Source: a virus
Taxonomy: Duplodnaviria; Heunggongvirae; Uroviricota; Caudoviricetes
IMG/VR virus record: IMGVR_UViG_3300028797_000097
Length of the DNA stretch: 42,647 bases
Strand: one strand, 5' to 3'
Each line of letters begins with the position of its first letter. The stretch's first letter is position 1. The notes under the pieces are model-generated. The model was not told where the DNA came from. It did no database searches and saw only the letters and a list, made by a program, of their open reading frames with translations. Below, in pieces: positions 25,926-34,600 of this stretch. The position numbers were made by a program, and so were the translations under genes.

Positions 25926-26970
25926 TAGATGGAATATCGTTTATATCAGTTGTATTTGCAGTATGTTCATCGAGATTTGTTGGGGTTACGTCGTCATAAT
26001 TTTTTGCTTCCGCTACTGGATCATCAATTACGTCGTCATCGACAATATCAAATTCTTCTGGTTGAACATAATTTTCATCGACTTCTTCAGCCGGTTTTTC
26101 ATTCTTTTTATTCATAGATTTTTCAAGCATCATTGCGTTAGCTTGAACTTTTTTCATAGTTGATTCACCAATGCTTTCAGTTTGGGTGTTTTCTGTATTA
26201 GATGCGACAGCTGCAACTTGCGCAATATCAAGATTATTATTAATGTTTTCAAACGCTTGCTGTAGCTTTTCGCGACTCATTGGTGCTGTTGTTGTTTTCT
26301 TTGTAGTTGTTGTTTCTGTTATTGTAGTTGGTTTTTTTACAATCTTTTTCTTAGGCCTTGCAGGAGCTGCAGGCTTTTCTATATATTTAATTTCTGGAAC
26401 TGGTCGTGGATTTACGATGTCTTCAAAAACATCTTCCATGCATTCATTAATCTTTTCGAGACCTGCCATACCATAACGATAGAACATTGTTTCTATCTTC
26501 TTTTGCATTTCTTCCATCATGGAGAATGCTTCTTTTAAAGCTGGATTTGATGATTCTTCAATAGTTTGGATTCTTCTTTTTCTTGGAGCAGGAATGCTCG
26601 GAGCAGCTGGAACATCATCAAATGGATCTCTTACTGGAGCCTTTGGTCTTGGGGCTGGAGCAGGTACACCAAAATCATCTGGTTCTTCAGGAAGCGGTCT
26701 TGGTGCTGGACGAGGAGCTGGTGCTGGTCTCGGGACAGGTTGCGGAGCAGGTCTTGGAGCCGGCTGTGGCATACGAACAGGTTTCTTATAAATTCTATGA
26801 CCTTCCTGGAGAGAAATATCGTCGTCATCTTTATAAAAATCATCTTCTTCGTCAAGTTTATGTCTTTGTGCAGCAATAAGCTTGTGCTTCTTATGAAGTG
26901 CAAGCTGTTCTTCTTCTGTCATGGCTTTAGCCTGTTCTGTCTTTTTATAATAGTCTAAAAAATCACTCAT
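25912..26970 (-). CDS. Proline-rich, low-complexity late protein
   Basis: PAPRP repeats; two minus-strand TATAAATA boxes at 26991-27009. Confidence 0.7.
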   Translation of the reverse strand: MSDFLDYYKKTEQAKAMTEEEQLALHKKHKLIAAQRHKLDEEDDFYKDDDDISLQEGHRIYKKPVRMPQPAPRPAPQPVPRPAPAPRPAPRPLPEEPDDFGVPAPAPRPKAPVRDPFDDVPAAPSIPAPRKRRIQTIEESSNPALKEAFSMMEEMQKKIETMFYRYGMAGLEKINECMEDVFEDIVNPRPVPEIKYIEKPAAPARPKKKIVKKPTTITETTTTKKTTTAPMSREKLQQAFENINNNLDIAQVAAVASNTENTQTESIGESTMKKVQANAMMLEKSMNKKNEKPAEEVDENYVQPEEFDIVDDDVIDDPVAEAKNYDDVTPTNLDEHTANTTDINDIPSNEEE

Positions 26971-27010
26971 AATTTTATAACCAGTTGTTTTATTTATACT
27001 TTATTTATAA

Positions 27011-27400
27011 TCATTTTTTTAATTTTATTACCAAAAAGTATGATTTCCGCAAATCTTCCGGATCTAATACAATAGTTTGGCTCATTTCTAACAAAGAACA
27101 TAACAAATTTAGCATTATATTTGCATAATGAATGACAGTATAATATTTTTCTGGATCTTCTTCTTTTAAATCAATTAAAGCCATAATATTCTCGGTTGTA
27201 TCAAAATAATCGAGAAAATCTGGATATTTACAGGTTATCTTTTCTTTGACTAATTCGATAACATCTGTAATTTCATCTTGATGTAAAAAGTTTACGATTG
27301 AATCAAACATCTCTGTAGATTTATCTTCTTGAACAGTTCCGTAAGATTCTAAGAAACGTAATAAACTTTGTGTAGGAGTAAGTTTTTTCATATTAGTCAA
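27011..27400 (-). CDS. Hypothetical protein
   Basis: ORF within a tightly packed operon. Confidence 0.65.
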   Translation of the reverse strand: MTNMKKLTPTQSLLRFLESYGTVQEDKSTEMFDSIVNFLHQDEITDVIELVKEKITCKYPDFLDYFDTTENIMALIDLKEEDPEKYYTVIHYANIMLNLLCSLLEMSQTIVLDPEDLRKSYFLVIKLKK

Positions 27401-27674
27401 GAACAGTATTTAGTTCATTTTCCACATTATCGATAGACTTGCTTATTAAAAATTCATCTATCTTTTCAAGCATTTGGTCTGTATTATTAAGAGAAGTATT
27501 CATAATATTTACATATAATGCATTAGCTAATTCTTTATCTATTTTGATAAATTTATAATAAGCCATAGATGAAATGAAAAGGGCGTAATAATCTTTTATC
27601 GCCCCTTCATCTAATCCTGTGAATACTTCAAATAAAAATTCAGTTGTATAAATTTTATTGAATAAATCTTCCAT
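27393..27674 (-). CDS. Hypothetical protein
   Basis: ORF within the operon. Confidence 0.6.
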   Translation of the reverse strand: MEDLFNKIYTTEFLFEVFTGLDEGAIKDYYALFISSMAYYKFIKIDKELANALYVNIMNTSLNNTDQMLEKIDEFLISKSIDNVENELNTVLD

Positions 27675-27675
27675 T

Positions 27676-28362
27676 TTAGATTAACTTAGTTTTTACTTTG
27701 TCAATTAAACCTAATTTCTTAGCTTCAGATGCAGACATGTAATTATCATAAGAAGTCAATGTCTTTAATTCATCGAGATCCTTACCAGTCTGTTTCTTAA
27801 AGATCTTATTCATATTATCAGTCCAAACTTGAAGTTCATGCTGAATAATATTAATATCATTTAATTTACCACCTGTTGCTTCGATACCTGCTTGATGAAT
27901 CATAATTCTCGAAGAAGGGAATGCATATCTGTGACCGATTGTTCCACTTGCAAGAATAACAGATGCCATAGAAGAGCAAGAACCAATACAAATTGTATGA
28001 ACTTCAATTTCTTTACGCTTCAATTCATTAATGCAGTCGATAATTGCAAAACCAGCATCGCATTCGCCACCAGGAGAAGAAATATAAATCGTTACAGGTT
28101 TCTTTGTTCCATCATCATAGAACGCAAGCTTCTGAATTACTCTAATGCCAATTTCCCATGTAATAGGACCGACAATAAACAGAACGCGGTTTGCTTCGAA
28201 ATAATTATTTCTAACAATATCAAAGTAATTCCCAAGCTCGCCAAGATTAACTTGTTGACCTTCACCTTCTTCAGGAGGTAAATCCTCTTCTGGATCAAGT
28301 GGTTCTACATTTGGATTTTCATTTTGCGGAAAGAGCGGAGATTTTGTGTCTTTTGAATACAT
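27676..28362 (-). CDS. clpP: ATP-dependent Clp protease proteolytic subunit
   Basis: YISSPGG, SMAS (catalytic Ser), RIMIHQ (His), DNYMSA.EA...GLID. Confidence 0.92.
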   Translation of the reverse strand: MYSKDTKSPLFPQNENPNVEPLDPEEDLPPEEGEGQQVNLGELGNYFDIVRNNYFEANRVLFIVGPITWEIGIRVIQKLAFYDDGTKKPVTIYISSPGGECDAGFAIIDCINELKRKEIEVHTICIGSCSSMASVILASGTIGHRYAFPSSRIMIHQAGIEATGGKLNDINIIQHELQVWTDNMNKIFKKQTGKDLDELKTLTSYDNYMSASEAKKLGLIDKVKTKLI

Positions 28363-28627
28363 CTATATACCTTTGATTATTATTATTTATTTTAACAACT
28401 TTAGCAACTTTAGGTGCATCAAATTCTTCATCATATGGTAACTTCTTTTCTGTTTGGAATAAGATTTCACCATATTGAACAACCGCCTCTGCACCACAAT
28501 ATTGTATGATTTTAAATTTTCTTGGAACTGCATTAAACTTAAAGATTCCAAATTCCTTATCACGAGATAACAAAGTATAAGTATTGCCTCGTTTATCCTT
28601 AAAGACTTGTCCAATTTCGAAATTCAT
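28319..28627 (-). CDS. Hypothetical protein
   Basis: ORF within the operon. Confidence 0.6.
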   Translation of the reverse strand: MNFEIGQVFKDKRGNTYTLLSRDKEFGIFKFNAVPRKFKIIQYCGAEAVVQYGEILFQTEKKLPYDEEFDAPKVAKVVKINNNNQRYIDVFKRHKISALSAK

Positions 28628-28629
28628 AA

Positions 28630-28854
28630 TTATACCAACTTATTCTTGCCTAAAAATGCATTGATTTTCTTATTAAGATCTTCATTCTTGGACGTAATGA
28701 CTTTCATTTCTTCTTCGTTATAGTCATTATAATCAGTTACATATACTTTTGCATAATCTTCAAAATGTTCGTAAACATCTTCAAGAACAGATGCGTAAAC
28801 AGTTTTAACCAATGTCAGTGGGGAGACTTCCTTCTTGTTCATCATTATATTCAT
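28630..28854 (-). CDS. Hypothetical protein
   Basis: ORF within the operon. Confidence 0.55.
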   Translation of the reverse strand: MNIMMNKKEVSPLTLVKTVYASVLEDVYEHFEDYAKVYVTDYNDYNEEEMKVITSKNEDLNKKINAFLGKNKLV

Positions 28855-29098
28855 ATACTAATGCCTCTAATTTTTCAGTGAATTCGTTTTTCTTTTCAAA
28901 GTTTGGGATTATAGTTGTGACGTAAGCTAACCATTCATGAAGAGTCTTTGGATTCTTCAAGTTGTTATTAACTTTTGCAGCTTGGTCAACTACGTCTTTT
29001 AATGCTTTAAGTTTTTTAGGATCATTTACAATTCCGTAAAAATCCTTTTCTTTTTTAAATAATGGCGGCATTTTAAAATTACTTTTGCCATGTGCCAT
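28805..29098 (-). CDS. Hypothetical protein
   Basis: ORF within the operon. Confidence 0.6.
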   Translation of the reverse strand: MAHGKSNFKMPPLFKKEKDFYGIVNDPKKLKALKDVVDQAAKVNNNLKNPKTLHEWLAYVTTIIPNFEKKNEFTEKLEALVYEYNDEQEGSLPTDIG

Positions 29099-29100
29099 TA

Positions 29101-29637
29101 TTAAGTTTCCTTATATACGCTGTTAACTTCTGCTAATCCATCTTTTTTCATTTGTTCAGCATAGAATTTTTTGCTAAGTTCTGGATTAAGATCTTGAGAA
29201 GTAACTTTATCAGAAACTTCTGCACTTTCACCTACAGCTTGAGCACAAATATCCATATTATTAGCTGCCATTCTTAATGCATGATTTTGAAAATTATGAT
29301 ACATTTCAGTAACAGATTCTTTAAGATAAGTATCAAAATTATTTAATGGATCATTTGGATCTGTTGCTTCAGATGTCTTTACAACTTCATCGTATGCTTT
29401 AAATAATGCATTTGTAATGAATATATTGAACGCTTGGGAAGTAGGTTGACAATAACATAAATCATGCTTATTAAATTCATTCTTAGGGAACTTAATAAAA
29501 CGCTTGTCATTGCGTTCATATAATTCAAGACCTGACAAGAGAAGCTGATGTTCAAGAACAACAAGTCCAACACCGACTGCTCCTGTTCTACTTTTGTTTT
29601 TGTAAGGATAAACCTTAACTTTAGTTATCTTCATCAT
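29101..29637 (-). CDS. SpoVG-like nucleic-acid-binding protein with C-terminal extension
   Basis: MKITKVKV...VVLE.....GL.L......FI.FP....D.C..P.......AY pattern. Confidence 0.6.
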   Translation of the reverse strand: MMKITKVKVYPYKNKSRTGAVGVGLVVLEHQLLLSGLELYERNDKRFIKFPKNEFNKHDLCYCQPTSQAFNIFITNALFKAYDEVVKTSEATDPNDPLNNFDTYLKESVTEMYHNFQNHALRMAANNMDICAQAVGESAEVSDKVTSQDLNPELSKKFYAEQMKKDGLAEVNSVYKET

Positions 29638-29648
29638 AATTGTATTCC

Positions 29649-30077
29649 TTAACCTTCAAGTGTTTCAGCAAACTGTTCTAATTCATGAACAGCAAATTCA
29701 TAATCGGTTGGCTTCAGAATACCATTCTGTGTGACAATCTGCAAAACCATATCGAGCATTTGCTTAATAACCTTATTAGGTTCTGCTTCGATAATTTTGC
29801 ACATCTTTTCAATAACATCTTCAGGGACTTTATGAATAAAAGTTGAGTCGTTATTATAATCAATAAAATACTTATGGAAATCGTTAATATACCAGAGAGC
29901 TTTCTTAAGGTCCTTCTTAGGAGTTCCTTTATCACGATAACGCATGCAATATTTCCAACAGTTTCCGAGGTCAAATTGCAACCAACGAGTTACTTCGATT
30001 GCTTCAATACCTGATTCATGAGATCTGTAATGCTTAGGTTCGTTTACTTCTTGTTCAAGAGTTTGTCCATTAATCAT
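29649..30077 (-). CDS. DUF3310 family protein
   Basis: VNEPKHY...GIEAIEV...F.LGN..KY..R...K....DLKKALWYI. Confidence 0.85.
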   Translation of the reverse strand: MINGQTLEQEVNEPKHYRSHESGIEAIEVTRWLQFDLGNCWKYCMRYRDKGTPKKDLKKALWYINDFHKYFIDYNNDSTFIHKVPEDVIEKMCKIIEAEPNKVIKQMLDMVLQIVTQNGILKPTDYEFAVHELEQFAETLEG

Positions 30078-30399
30078 ATAGTGTGTCCTCTTTATTTAAT
30101 ACGTTTAAGATGTTATTTTCTAGTTCTTTGCTTTTTAATGCATGGTCTTGTAATTTCTTATCGTTTTCAATATCTGCCTTAATCTGCTTATTTCTTTCAA
30201 TTGCTTGGAAAACACGGATTGGAACAAATATTGTTAAACCATAACCAACTACAATTCCAATTATAGGTAAAATGTTTTTGAAAAAATAGAACAATCCGTT
30301 TTGGACTGTCTGGCCAAAAACGCCGACTGTGGCGAGAATGACACTGTAGACCAAAACGCTGATTGCAATAATAATGATATTAGAACGATTCATTTTCAT
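30070..30399 (-). CDS. Two-TM membrane protein with coiled-coil tail
   Basis: Two hydrophobic segments. Confidence 0.65.
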   Translation of the reverse strand: MKMNRSNIIIIAISVLVYSVILATVGVFGQTVQNGLFYFFKNILPIIGIVVGYGLTIFVPIRVFQAIERNKQIKADIENDKKLQDHALKSKELENNILNVLNKEDTLYD

Positions 30400-31369
30400 C
30401 TAAAATTACCTCGATTTCAGATTCTGGAAGAATGAAACATTCTTCATTTGTAATCTTTCCATCTACACCTGCAATAGGTAATTTAAACTTCTTGTTATTG
30501 TCCTTTGCGTCGACATAGATGATTCTGTCACCAACTTTAACACCAGAGGTCAAGTTATCGCCAAGATAAATAACCTTTGCTTCGACCAAATGACCTTCCT
30601 TATCTTCATCTGGAAGATAAATACCAGTTGCGGTCTGCTTAATTCCAGTATCACGTTGGACTAAGATATGCTTTTCCTTAATTTTCTTTAATGCAGTCAT
30701 ATTTCCTTCTTTATCAGTGCTAATTAAAACGTCGAGTGCAGAATCGGGAACATCATAGAATGTTTCCTTAACAATATCACCCTTTTCATTTGTCATTGGA
30801 ATTGTAAGCTTAATGGCTTGCATTTCAATAAATGCAACCTTATCACCTGGTTGAGCAAAACAACCCTGACGCTGATCCTTCTGGGAATCATATTTTCCCG
30901 GACCAGTCATAACAACAGTACCAGTAATGTTATTGATTGTTCTATTTAATTCAACAATGTGAATTCCGCCGAGAGTAACCTTATCTGTCTTATCACGCTT
31001 AATTAATACGTAGTTTTCCTTGACAGACTTAATACCACAAATCTTACCATCGACTTCGTTAAGAACTAATATACATTCTTTTGCTTCAACTTTAAATACT
31101 GTTCGCTTAGAAATTTTACCATCTGCACCCTTAACATTGAGTTGGATAGTCTTTGCGATACCAGGATTGTAAACAACTAAGTCGCCAACTGCAATCTCTG
31201 GGGGTATCTGCTTGGAATGAAATTTATTAAAACGACCGGGGCCAACTTGAACTACACGTCCATAAGCCATAGGAATTGTGAAATTTTTTGCAAGAGTAAG
31301 TCCACCAATAGCAAGTTTATCGATAGATTCTTCATTTTCAATAAGAATATTGAAGTCTGTAACCTTCAT
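30380..31369 (-). CDS. groES: Co-chaperonin with three tandem GroES domains
   Basis: Three repeats of (V/I)L(I/V)...(G/T)G(I/L)...V...G(P)G...(V/P)GD.(V/I). Confidence 0.8.
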   Translation of the reverse strand: MKVTDFNILIENEESIDKLAIGGLTLAKNFTIPMAYGRVVQVGPGRFNKFHSKQIPPEIAVGDLVVYNPGIAKTIQLNVKGADGKISKRTVFKVEAKECILVLNEVDGKICGIKSVKENYVLIKRDKTDKVTLGGIHIVELNRTINNITGTVVMTGPGKYDSQKDQRQGCFAQPGDKVAFIEMQAIKLTIPMTNEKGDIVKETFYDVPDSALDVLISTDKEGNMTALKKIKEKHILVQRDTGIKQTATGIYLPDEDKEGHLVEAKVIYLGDNLTSGVKVGDRIIYVDAKDNNKKFKLPIAGVDGKITNEECFILPESEIEVILDENESF

Positions 31370-31381
31370 TATTACCTCTAA

Positions 31382-32038
31382 TTATAGTTTAAACAAAAAG
31401 TCGTGTTTTGAATATTTTGAATTTTTAACATGACAGCTATTCGTAATCAATAGCCTACCGTCGGATTCTTGAATTTCTTGAGTATTACCGCAACCATAGT
31501 GCCATATTTTTGAATTATTTATAATATCCATACTAGTTGGGTTGTAATAAGAAATCATAACATCGACAACTGGTGATTTATTTATAATCTTTTCGTAACG
31601 CTCTTTTTCAAAGGACATATATTCGTCTTTAGAGTCTGTCCACCAGTTCCATTGGGAAATATCTTCCCGCATGTCAAAACCCATAAATCCTGCAAGAGTA
31701 ATATCTTCTACATTAAAGACGTGACCATCTAATCTCTTGGGGATGCATTTATTTTTTTGTAAAGCACCAAAACCTTTGGAAATTCTTTCGAATTTAAAAT
31801 CTAGCGGTATATCGGATTTTAAATCACTACCACCATATACATAATAAACATTTGGATATCGTTGAGCTAATCTAATTAAAAATGTAATTTCAATATCCAA
31901 AAATTCCGATATACCGCCAGCAATACATACCATATCAGCTGGTAAGAAATATTCATCAATAAATCTGTCGTATAACTCAGCTTTACGTTTTCTATCGTTA
32001 TACGGAACATCGATATTATTAATGAAAAAACACTCCAT
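31382..32038 (-). CDS. Degenerate calcineurin-like metallophosphoesterase fold protein
   Basis: CIAGGIS (cf. AGD), YVYGGSD (cf. GNHD), WHYG; canonical metal ligands are mostly lost. Confidence 0.45.
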   Translation of the reverse strand: MECFFINNIDVPYNDRKRKAELYDRFIDEYFLPADMVCIAGGISEFLDIEITFLIRLAQRYPNVYYVYGGSDLKSDIPLDFKFERISKGFGALQKNKCIPKRLDGHVFNVEDITLAGFMGFDMREDISQWNWWTDSKDEYMSFEKERYEKIINKSPVVDVMISYYNPTSMDIINNSKIWHYGCGNTQEIQESDGRLLITNSCHVKNSKYSKHDFLFKL

Positions 32039-32039
32039 A

Positions 32040-32348
32040 TTAATCTACAATAGAATTACGGAGTGCACGGTACATGACCATTACTTGCTTTTCGAATGGT
32101 GTCTGCTTTTCCTTCCAACGGATAATACGTTCAGCTTCGCTACAGATAACTGCTGCAGGGAAAGAAAGCGGATGAAGATGGGATTCAGCAACACGGGTAA
32201 TTTCCGGATTTCTGATACCAGTTCCAACCAGTTCCCTACGGTTACGGGACTGAACTGTGCTTGTTGTGACCTTGTATGCCTTACCAGTCTTGGTATTCAT
32301 GACATACGAATTTTCTGTAATTTGATTCTTTTTCATGTTTATCTCCAT
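32040..32348 (-). CDS. Hypothetical early protein
   Basis: Own promoter; GGAG RBS favours a start at MKKNQ. Confidence 0.65.
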   Translation of the reverse strand: MEINMKKNQITENSYVMNTKTGKAYKVTTSTVQSRNRRELVGTGIRNPEITRVAESHLHPLSFPAAVICSEAERIIRWKEKQTPFEKQVMVMYRALRNSIVD

Positions 32349-32370
32349 TTATCGTTAAATGTTTGTTTAC

Positions 32371-32410
32371 AATATAGAAAAAAGTCACCTGCTTGTAAAC
32401 CCGGGTGACT
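32371..32410 (-). promoter_or_regulatory. Hairpin-embedded early promoter/terminator
   Basis: Minus strand: agtcacc-cgggTTTACAagca-ggtgact-ttttt-c-TATATT. Confidence 0.78.
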
Positions 32411-32429
32411 GAATTTTTATTTGTAAATT

Positions 32430-32729
32430 CTATTTATCGAAATCATTGGAAATTTCATGTCCGTAAATATCATGAAAAATTACAGAATAACCCTTAGTAG
32501 TTCTATAAATTCCGTCAATTATTAAACTATCGTCCGCTTTTATGCTATGTGGTCCAGACTTACATTCTGGGTGATAAATTAACCTATGATGAGTAGGACA
32601 GAACGTCAAAGTTACATTCTGATTAAGCCTTGGCCAAAGTTCTCTTGGAATAATATGATGGAATTCGATTTTATTTCGACTGGTCGTTGTATATTGACAA
32701 CCAGGATAATGACAAATATATAATTTCAC
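32430..32729 (-). CDS. HNH endonuclease-like protein
   Basis: C..PGC, HHIIP, N...FCPTHH...H. Confidence 0.7.
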   Translation of the reverse strand: MKLYICHYPGCQYTTTSRNKIEFHHIIPRELWPRLNQNVTLTFCPTHHRLIYHPECKSGPHSIKADDSLIIDGIYRTTKGYSVIFHDIYGHEISNDFDK

Positions 32730-32733
32730 ATGC

Positions 32734-32745
32734 TATTTATAAATA
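32734..32745. promoter_or_regulatory. Palindromic bidirectional late promoter
   Basis: TATTTATAAATA contains TATAAATA on both strands, between divergent genes. Confidence 0.7.
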
Positions 32746-33528
32746 ATGTATATGAATCTTAATGAATTTTTGGAAAATAATATTCCTGGCTATAAATTGC
32801 TCGATGTGCTATACAACAATGACGATATTATTGTTGATTATTACGATGTAGATGCAGAAGATCTACCTAAAAATAATGCTCCTTCTGATTTAATTCTTGA
32901 CAAGGAAACAGTCGTCAAAGCACTAAAAGCAAAGAACATAAAAATGTCAGAATTTGATAAGATTCTAAACAAATATGGCTGGTATATGTCAAAGGTCAAA
33001 GATGATTATATCCATATTTTGAAATTGAATAATATGGACAATGGTTATTATGACGATGAAGATAAAGCACTTAATGGTTTGTATTTACATATAACTTCTG
33101 TAAAACCGTCTATAATTTTGAATCAGGGACTAAAAGCTCTTGCTTCTACAGATGATGAATTGGATAAAACCAATACAATGAAACGTGGAATTATTTATCC
33201 AAATAAGAGAGTATATCTTTGGAAACTTGAAGATATTTGTAGTGCAAAGAAAGGTTCTGAAGATATAGGTAAAATTCTTGCAAAAAGTATTAAAACATTA
33301 TTTGATGAAATCGATGCAAGACACTATGGTAATTATGTATATCTTGTACAATTACCAGGAGGATTAAAAACCCATTTTGATAATGAATATGGAGAATTCT
33401 TACCAGCAAGATATATCACACAAAATGTTCCTCCAAGCTATTTGACATTTGTTGGAACCGTAGAGCAGATTTCTACAATTATAGAATATTCAGAGTTTAC
33501 AAGATTAAGAGAGATTTTCGGGGTATAA
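32746..33528 (+). CDS. Putative ART-fold protein (Tpt1/KptA-like signature)
   Basis: YLHITS...ILNQGLK...RVYLW...YITQNVPPSYL. Confidence 0.5.
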   Translation: MYMNLNEFLENNIPGYKLLDVLYNNDDIIVDYYDVDAEDLPKNNAPSDLILDKETVVKALKAKNIKMSEFDKILNKYGWYMSKVKDDYIHILKLNNMDNGYYDDEDKALNGLYLHITSVKPSIILNQGLKALASTDDELDKTNTMKRGIIYPNKRVYLWKLEDICSAKKGSEDIGKILAKSIKTLFDEIDARHYGNYVYLVQLPGGLKTHFDNEYGEFLPARYITQNVPPSYLTFVGTVEQISTIIEYSEFTRLREIFGV

Positions 33529-33535
33529 ATAATAT

Positions 33536-34564
33536 ATGGCTGATAACATTCAAATAGAAGATAATCCAATGCTTGATCATGACCCGATGCAACCGTTTGT
33601 TCCGCATCCAGGTGGAAGATCTCGCTTGAAACCTATTCCACCAGGACCTATACCTCCAGGACCAGAACCTGGACCAGGACCTGAGCCGGGACCACGTCCT
33701 CATCCACATCCATTTCCTGACCCTCCAGTAGGACCAGGACCTTGGACACATCCGACTCCGCATTATCCGCAACATCCGCAGAATAATTGTGACCCTGTTC
33801 TCGAAGGCACAATGATTCAAAACGTTGCACAGTTGAGAAACTATATCAAGTTGATGTTAGGAAGTCCTGTTATTTGTATCGAAATTTCTGATGAACAGTT
33901 GAACTATATTATTGGTGATACTATCAGATATATTCAGAGATATTATTTCAGACGTGGTAATTATCGTGATTATTTAATCATGGAATTACAACCAGGAAAG
34001 ACGCATTACAAGATTTGCCAAGAACTTGATACAATCGTTGATTTCCAGACAAGTAACTGGTTAGGTGATATTAATGAATTGTTTACTTTGCCTCATAATG
34101 CTTTATATGATTCTGTTATGAGTATGAACAGTTCTTCTATTTTCCGTGGTTCTTGTTATGGTAACAGTGCAGGTTATGGCGATATGCTTGGAAACTGGAA
34201 TGCTTCTTTAATGTGGCTCGAACAGGCTAAGTTAGATTTCGGTGAATCTTATCAGATTAGATTCAATGAAGCTGAAAAAGAACTTGCAATTTGGCCAACG
34301 CCAAGAAAACCAGTTCGTGGTATCATGGAAGTTTACAAGAAACAGACTTCAAGAAAGATATTTAATGATATTATGTTCAGAAAAATGGTCGTAGCAAGAG
34401 CAGGCATGGTTTGGACAAATTCTTTGAGAAAATACTCTTTGACCATTGCTGGTGGTGGTACATTGAATGCTGATTCTTTGTATTCCAGCTATAAAGAAGA
34501 ATATGATTATTGTCTTGAAAATATCAGACTCGAATCTCCTCCCGGAGAATTCTGGATGTCGTAA
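33536..34564 (+). CDS. Neck protein (T4 gp13-like) with Pro/His-rich N-terminal extension
   Basis: QLRNYIKLMLGSPVICIEISDEQL..II; C-terminal W...L.KY....GGGTLN. Confidence 0.8.
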   Translation: MADNIQIEDNPMLDHDPMQPFVPHPGGRSRLKPIPPGPIPPGPEPGPGPEPGPRPHPHPFPDPPVGPGPWTHPTPHYPQHPQNNCDPVLEGTMIQNVAQLRNYIKLMLGSPVICIEISDEQLNYIIGDTIRYIQRYYFRRGNYRDYLIMELQPGKTHYKICQELDTIVDFQTSNWLGDINELFTLPHNALYDSVMSMNSSSIFRGSCYGNSAGYGDMLGNWNASLMWLEQAKLDFGESYQIRFNEAEKELAIWPTPRKPVRGIMEVYKKQTSRKIFNDIMFRKMVVARAGMVWTNSLRKYSLTIAGGGTLNADSLYSSYKEEYDYCLENIRLESPPGEFWMS

Positions 34565-34570
34565 AATTAA

Positions 34571-34600
34571 AAAACCAGGAATTAATCCTGGTTTTCTTTT
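34571..34600. terminator. Bidirectional terminator
   Basis: aaaaccagga-attaa-tcctggtttt between convergent genes. Confidence 0.8.

Noticed and set aside
26171-26958. Several overlapping alternative-frame ORFs here, and similarly at 33497-33830 and 40057-40528
   Set aside because: They are by-products of low-complexity Pro-rich or acidic coding sequence.
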